NCBI GenBank assembly: GCA_027923505.1
Contig: BROI01000009.1
Span: 1-64,000 of the forward strand
Direction: 5' to 3'
Length of the DNA: 64,000 nucleotides
From: Mayamaea pseudoterrestris
Lineage: Eukaryota
In this document: positions 60,457 through 64,000 of the stretch, one piece after another
Numbering within the stretch: the first letter of the stretch is position 1
How the letters are laid out: every line of letters starts with the position of its first letter
The notes under the pieces: model-generated
What the model was told of the DNA's origin: nothing
Databases searched by the model: none
Seen by the model: only the letters and a program-made list of their open reading frames with translations
Made by a program: the position numbers and the translations under genes

Positions 60457-62160
60457 CTAGAAATAGATCCACAATCGACGGTAGAGTGGATGGAAGTATA
60501 GAGTAAGTAGGGAAATAATGATAATACTATCCAAGCTTGCAACATTACCGCTGCTAGAGTCGTGCAAGATCCATTGACTTGCAAAGTCGGCTAGATTTCG
60601 CACATTCAAATTGTATCCGCAGGAATACGAATTGATGAGGTCTTCAAGCGAAAGATAAGTTGCTAGCTCTGGTGACTCTTTCAATGGTAATTCATGTTCA
60701 CTTGCGGCCTCGATAGGCGCCGCCTGCTCCACAAGTCCAGGTCCTCTGGCCAAGGCAACCTCCACCAACATTGCTAATGCATCTTTGCAGTTTTTGCTAC
60801 TGCTTTCCGTCGATTCGCCATGTCCCTTTGCGTCAGCTCCATGGATCGAGTCTTTCATGGTGACAAGAGGAAGTGTAAAATTGGTGGACGCATCCGCGGT
60901 GATTGCTGCAGACGCAGGTAACGGAGATAATTCCTTCAACTCTTTGCCAGTGTCCGCACTTGCCTCGTCAACTTTCGGCACAGTACCCTCATCATCCGTG
61001 CGCATCTTTTCAGCAGCGTCTGGTAGTGGAAGCGATGGCTCCATGCTTTGACCCCCGTCCACCGAATCCGATCCGGCTCGACTAACACCTGGCGCTTCGA
61101 CAGTCACACCTTTCTCTTTCACGTTTTGCTGCCGTTCGTGACTTCTCGGGGCAAGTGCCTTGTGTTGTCGCTTGAACGGTGCCATGCGTCGAAGGTCGCC
61201 AATGTTTGATACGACTGGTGAAAGTACGTTTGGCTTGTGCGGCGGCCCGCCCATTGCCTGCTGCCGCCGCTCCATTGCAGCGTGTGGCTTTTTAGTGGAT
61301 GCATTCACCAAGAGGGTCGATACATTGTGCTTCATTTGCATGCGTCGACGTTTTGGCGATGTAATCGTAGAGTCGTTTGCAATCGTCGGGTTGCTGGGTT
61401 CGCCTCCATTTGCCTTTGTTACTCGCCCTACTACATGTTTTGCAGCAGCATTGACAGTTGCCGCTGCGTCCGAGTCAATCTCTTGCGTTGAACGAGACGA
61501 GGCAAGAGTGGACGCAACATTTGCTGGAGGCGACGCGACGAATGCATCAAGCTCGGGCGAGACTGCGTCTTGAGTGGCGCGCATTCGTTTGCTGCGTTGC
61601 ATTCGCGGACGCGACTCTGGCATGTAGTAATACCCTACAGCCTCCAAGACGCTGCACAAATCCATGTCTTCCGAGTCTCCGTCATCGTACTTGACGCGAT
61701 AGTGTCCAGTGAATTGGTTGTAGCTGGAAATCTTGCCGTCGTACCAGTTTTCGTAAACGGTTCCGTCCTCACTCTTGCCGCAAAAAAACTTTGAGACGCG
61801 AGGCTTTTTCACGGTGAAAATGTCCGGCAAGTTATTCAATGACTGCTGCTCCTGTATCTGCTTCTGCTGCTTGCCTTTTTGATTTTCAAAATTTGGTTCA
61901 GTAGACGCGTAGCTTGCTGAAACCGCCTCAAGCGCCTGCAAAAGATGCAAAAGATTTAAATCTTCCTCGTCGCCGTCATCATAGTGAACGCGATACGTTC
62001 CAGTTTTGCTATCGAAACTGACGATTATACCGTGGATCCATTGCTGATAGGATCTTTTGCCGCTCTGATGGAACCAGTAGCAGCGAGAAACTGCAGGTGT
62101 CTTGGAGGCGAATATATTGGGCAGCAATGATCGCGATGGCGAGGGCAATGGGCGAGTCAT
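60457..62160 (-). CDS. Protein with two Tudor-like repeats
   Basis: GIIVSFDSKTGTYRVHYDDGDEEDL and GKISSYNQFTGHYRVKYDDGDSEDM; the 3' end may be spliced differently. Confidence 0.75.
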   Translation of the reverse strand: MTRPLPSPSRSLLPNIFASKTPAVSRCYWFHQSGKRSYQQWIHGIIVSFDSKTGTYRVHYDDGDEEDLNLLHLLQALEAVSASYASTEPNFENQKGKQQKQIQEQQSLNNLPDIFTVKKPRVSKFFCGKSEDGTVYENWYDGKISSYNQFTGHYRVKYDDGDSEDMDLCSVLEAVGYYYMPESRPRMQRSKRMRATQDAVSPELDAFVASPPANVASTLASSRSTQEIDSDAAATVNAAAKHVVGRVTKANGGEPSNPTIANDSTITSPKRRRMQMKHNVSTLLVNASTKKPHAAMERRQQAMGGPPHKPNVLSPVVSNIGDLRRMAPFKRQHKALAPRSHERQQNVKEKGVTVEAPGVSRAGSDSVDGGQSMEPSLPLPDAAEKMRTDDEGTVPKVDEASADTGKELKELSPLPASAAITADASTNFTLPLVTMKDSIHGADAKGHGESTESSSKNCKDALAMLVEVALARGPGLVEQAAPIEAASEHELPLKESPELATYLSLEDLINSYSCGYNLNVRNLADFASQWILHDSSSGNVASLDSIIIISLLTLYFHPLYRRLWIYF

Positions 62161-63138
62161 GATGCGTCAAGCGTCAATGAGGGGAAGATTAATATTATGG
62201 CTTCAAAAGGATCTTGGCAGCAGCAATGAATAAGGAAATGTATGCTTCTATGTAGACCAGAGTAATAGCAGCAGTCTAGAGAGTACTTGCAAGCATCAAT
62301 GCTCGACGCTCGCGACTCTCGACTGCTCGACGCGCGATCATTCTCTCGCTCGCGATTACCGTCGTAGCGGTTTTGAGTGCGACATACGGTGAAAATTTCT
62401 CACCAATGGCATTGCAGCATCATGAGGGATTAAACCAGGCATTCATTCCTTCTTATACAGCAAAGTAAATGCCCCCACCCTGGTGTCTAAAAGTCAGGAA
62501 TATGGCTCTAAGTATCTATGCCATAGTGAGACTCAGCGGATTCAACAACTTGTTGAATCTGCTAGCACCACACCTCAATTGGCACTTCCAAATGCCAAAA
62601 TGGTGCAATCCTGGAATACAAAGCTCATTGTGTTTATATATGATTACCATGCAAAGGCTTGTCATTTCGGGTGTGGAACCCTTCCCCCTGCCATGGGACT
62701 CCGCACATTTGACCATTGGTTGAATGTGCCAGCAAGTTACCCTTTCTGGCTACAGGGACCATCAGCACAGCCTTCTGAGCCCTCCAATCCTTTTCCATTC
62801 ATGTTTGTTCTCATGATGGGCCAATGCTTTGGTCAGTTACAGCTCAGCAGCCCCTACCATAATGTCACAGGTGTTCCAAGTACCGCTCCGACGATCATTT
62901 TTTTCGCACGATTGAAACCTCTTCTACTTGAGGATAACAGTTGCGGCGCGCGCAGTCTTTTCCCTCCCAAGCGGAGGGACGACTTTGACTTTTGTGACCG
63001 ACCGACGGCGACCATCGTTTCGTTCCTTCCTTCGATCCTCCTACTCCGACCGTCCAATTGCTCCACCTTCACATGCCAAGGGATCAAGGGGACGACGACG
63101 ACTCGCAGCAAAAGAACAAGACCAATAATCGTAGACGA

Positions 63139-64000
63139 ATGAATCTGCAACTAATCTTCAAGTCATGGAAGGGATCCAAGGAGTTTGGATTGGCGCAGGC
63201 GCAAGTCACTTTGATTCTAGCACTTGCGTGGCTCGGCAATAACTTTCCCAAGTCGTATCCTCGCAATGACAATCATAACATGTTCATGTTTTATGTCATG
63301 AATGCAGCGTTCGTTGTGGCCGGCTTGGTGACGCTTCATCATGATGCGCAAGGGTCGTCGCGAGGAGTGCAGCTGCTGAGCCGACCGCAAACGGAGGAGT
63401 GGAAGGGATGGATGCAGTGGGCCTTTATCATGGTGAGTCGATTTGTGATGTGACGCATTTCCGTGTGGCATGCGATTCAGGCCTTGACAAGTGTCATCGC
63501 TTACTGCTTTGGCGCGCCTCTCACCTTTCGTCTCCATCGTTTCATCTCATTTGCTATATATATTTATCCAGTACCACTACTACAGAGCCTACAGCGTCTA
63601 CAATGAAATCAGAGTCTTTGTATCAGCCTACGTTTGGATGACGGGCTTTGGAAACTTTTTATAGTACGTGCGATAGTGGAATGGTGTTCTGTCGAATGGA
63701 ACGAACGATGGACCCTCATTTTTTCGACGACGGCCGACCAATCGGATTTGACCATTGTCTTGATTCTCAACGATCCCTATTCCTCTACCTTTTTAGTTTC
63801 GACAAGAAGCAAGACTTTACCTTTGAGCGAGCCGTCAGCATGTGGCTGCGCATCAACTACTTTCCACTGCTGCTCAGTTTCTTTCTGGGCGTCAAGCTGG
63901 AGCTATACTATGTTGTTCCGCTCCATACGGCTGGATTCTTCATCACCATGATTACCTGCTATTTGGCAAAAAAGCTGGAAACAATCAAACCAACATGGAG
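63139..64000 (+). CDS. CAS1/CASD1/RWA-family O-acetyltransferase, 5' part (introns 63433-63571 and 63664-63796)
   Basis: Spliced product reads [22 protein letters not shown]...[26 protein letters not shown]...YYVVPLHT; runs off the window end. Confidence 0.9.

Noticed and set aside
62483..63142. 219-aa ORF upstream of the CAS1 gene
   Set aside because: It crosses a compositional boundary, has a non-ATG start and shows no recognisable features.

Overview
Eukaryotic window, most likely from a pennate diatom (inference from short GT-AG introns, a signal peptide plus 'GF' plastid-targeting presequence, diatom-like myosin and expanded helicase-associated-domain genes). 1-8805 is a homogeneous, CpG-poor satellite made of alternating 180- and 172-bp monomers. 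8806-25133 is a nest of two different tyrosine-recombinase (YR) retrotransposons with split direct repeats (Ngaro/PAT-type A1-ORFs-B1-A2-B2 layout). Element 2 (minus strand, 18362-24846, GC-rich) looks complete and intact. It is inserted, without a target-site duplication, into the 3' repeat region of element 1 (plus strand), which is 5'-truncated and damaged. A later 1,380-bp tandem duplication crosses the junction between them. Both elements carry a CACCCACCC tract just before their terminal B repeat. The rest is gene-dense: a ClpS-like plastid protein, myosin, SPB1/FTSJ3, a low-complexity protein, a 24-copy 42/43-bp minisatellite carrying TGACGT motifs, a secreted protein, two paralogous HA-repeat/bromodomain/PWWP genes, PRP16, a GT49 glycosyltransferase, another HA gene, a Tudor-like protein and a partial CAS1-domain acetyltransferase. 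All family calls come from motif recognition by eye, not database searches.
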